A DNA stretch of 61,485 nucleotides, filler included, from Sphacelaria rigidula (taxonomy: Eukaryota), in NCBI GenBank assembly GCA_964200075.2. It is 11 parts of 11 records of this genome, joined end to end, with 100 filler letters (N's around TTAATTAATTAA, not from the genome) between each part and the next. Parts side by side here need not be neighbours in the genome. Positions count along the whole stretch, not along the records: positions 55,988 to 61,485 come from CAXNAA020026833.1; 10 more parts are not named here. One strand, 5' to 3'. Under the pieces are notes generated by a model. The model was not told where the DNA came from and did not search any database. It was given only the letters and a program-made list of their open reading frames with translations. This document shows positions 59,961 through 61,485 of the stretch, in pieces. Position numbers and translations under genes: made by a program. How positions within the stretch are numbered: position 1 is the stretch's first letter; the number at the start of each line of letters is the position of its first letter.

Positions 59961-60857
59961 CAGTAGTCAGCGTCAGAAGTATGCAGAATTCGTAATTCCG
60001 TAGTTTCCAAAAGATTTTCCACATTTGTTTTGCTTGCCACCGCTCATCATAGTGGCTGTTGGATCCCAAAAAATGGGTATCTGAAGATATTTTGATCCTA
60101 TTGACAAATGTTGAAAGAAAAAATATTTGCGATCAATATTGAGTGACTTATGGGCTTGACCGATCTTCGGGGGTCCTGAGAAAGTGCAACCCCAGGTTCT
60201 ACTTTTTCGATATTTTCGGCGGACCGACTCGATCCCGATCATATAAATCAAGACTCAAAACTGTTTAGTTTTTGGAATTCCATCTATTCACTGCGCTAAA
60301 GCCGGAAAACTATGTTTCTTGGACCATTCACGGTCAATAACACCCTCCTGAGAAACGGGGTATCTAGTCCGTATCGCCCCCACAACACCAACTTGGGCAT
60401 TGTGATTCGAGCACGGTCTGCTTATTTTGCCAGAACTATCGACGCCAGCACTTTCGAAGGCTCATGGAAAATGCCATGCGAAAACCCCCCGAAAAGAGGC
60501 CATCTGCAGAAAATGCTAGACTGAGGTCTGAGCAGTATAGGAGGGAAACACGATCTCCATCGTTATTGTGAAGAGTTGTATACGTATTCATGTATCTGAA
60601 TATTTTCCGTTTTGCTGCGGAAGAGCGGGGAGCTATTTTTATTGGACCAAAAATGATCAATAAAACCCTCCTGATGAACGGAGTATCTAGTCCGTATCGC
60701 CCCAAAAACACCAACTTGGGCACCGCAGTTTGAGCGCGGCCTGCACTTTCCCCCTAAAACTACCGGCGCTAGCACTTTCAAGTAGTAATGAAAAATAGTA
60801 CTCAAGAAAAACTCCAAAACTACAACAACTACGAATTCTGAAAACTTCTGATGCTGA
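59961..60857. mobile_element. Tc1/mariner-like non-autonomous element with internal direct repeats
   Basis: TA|CAGT left end; CAGCGTCAGAAGTATGCAGAATTCGT (59968-93) is mirrored at 60831-56; direct repeats of about 165 bp near 60292 and 60616. Confidence 0.6.
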
Positions 60858-60916
60858 GGCCGGATGTTATGGCGAACAGATTTTTGAACCACGGATTATT
60901 CACTTTTGGGACATTT

Positions 60917-61369
60917 CATACGCAGGACAGCTCATGAGCTAGCTCATTTGCGGGCGGTAGCTCACTTGTAGTCAAATAAGTATATGTGAGCTACGTCCGA
61001 TAGCTCAACACAAGGTCAACGTGCGCTGATGAGCTACGACTTGGTAGCTCACCCAGGGCAAACATGCGTAGCTCATGCAGCTCTCATAGCTCACTCAGGC
61101 CGAATATGAGCTGATGAGCTACGGGTTGGTAGCTCATCCAGGGGAAACATGCGTAGCTCATGCAGCTCTCATGGCTCACCCAGGGCGAATATGAGCTGAT
61201 GAGCTACGGGTTGGTAGCTCATCCAGGGGAAACATGCGTAGCTCATACAGCTCCCATAGCTCACCCCAGGAAAAACATGCGTAGGTGATGTAGCTCTCAT
61301 AGCTCACTAGGGAGCTACGCTATAAAAGAGCTAGCTCGAGCTAAAGGGAGCTGATCTGTCCGACGTGTG
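60917..61369 (+). mobile_element. Complete 453-bp hAT-like MITE with internal 85-bp tandem hairpin units
   Basis: Perfect 8-bp TSD GGACATTT (60909-16, 61370-77); TIR CATACGCAGGACAG versus CACACGTCGGACAG (11/14); units at 61025, 61110 and 61195. Confidence 0.88.
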
Positions 61370-61485
61370 GGACATTTGAGCCACATTTTGACCCTCAAAC
61401 CTGGAAAACCTCCAAAGGGTCGGACAAATAATGATTCGTCTGGAAATTACTTGGTTTTAGTATGATGAGTCGACTCGTGACGAAT

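Noticed and set aside
61026..61235. Tandem hammerhead ribozymes (CTGATGA followed by a stem)
   Set aside because: The stem is followed by TCA rather than GAAA, the GATGA is itself base-paired, and stems I and III cannot be formed.

Overview
Eukaryotic nuclear DNA, most likely a brown alga (Phaeophyceae). This is inferred from long TE-filled GT-AG introns, a 72-nt LRR exon, an AMT1 gene and Ectocarpus-like repeat families. The window is not one locus. It is 11 unrelated contigs of 5499/5498 bp joined by artificial 100-bp N44-TTAATTAATTAA-N44 linkers, so nothing can be inferred across a linker. Host gene pieces: three in-phase exons of an ammonium transporter, the first exon of a probable subtilase, a probable DDX41 exon, two exons of a beta-propeller-repeat protein, one LRR exon and a decayed non-RD kinase. 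The rest is mostly mobile DNA: a Ngaro/DIRS-like retrotransposon, an LTR element with a PBS, RTE-type LINE 3' ends, a Harbinger transposase fragment, piggyBac, hAT, Harbinger and Tc1-like MITEs, and tRNA-derived heads. Best leads: (1) a 5'-truncated repeat family whose junctions sit in poly-C tracts, a candidate C-tract-targeting retroelement; (2) Ngaro-like gag and pol in one frame separated by a single UGA plus a stem-loop, behind a tRNA-like head; (3) a GACCACGG motif shared by unrelated LINE-like tails. All family assignments come from reading motifs by eye; no searches were run.
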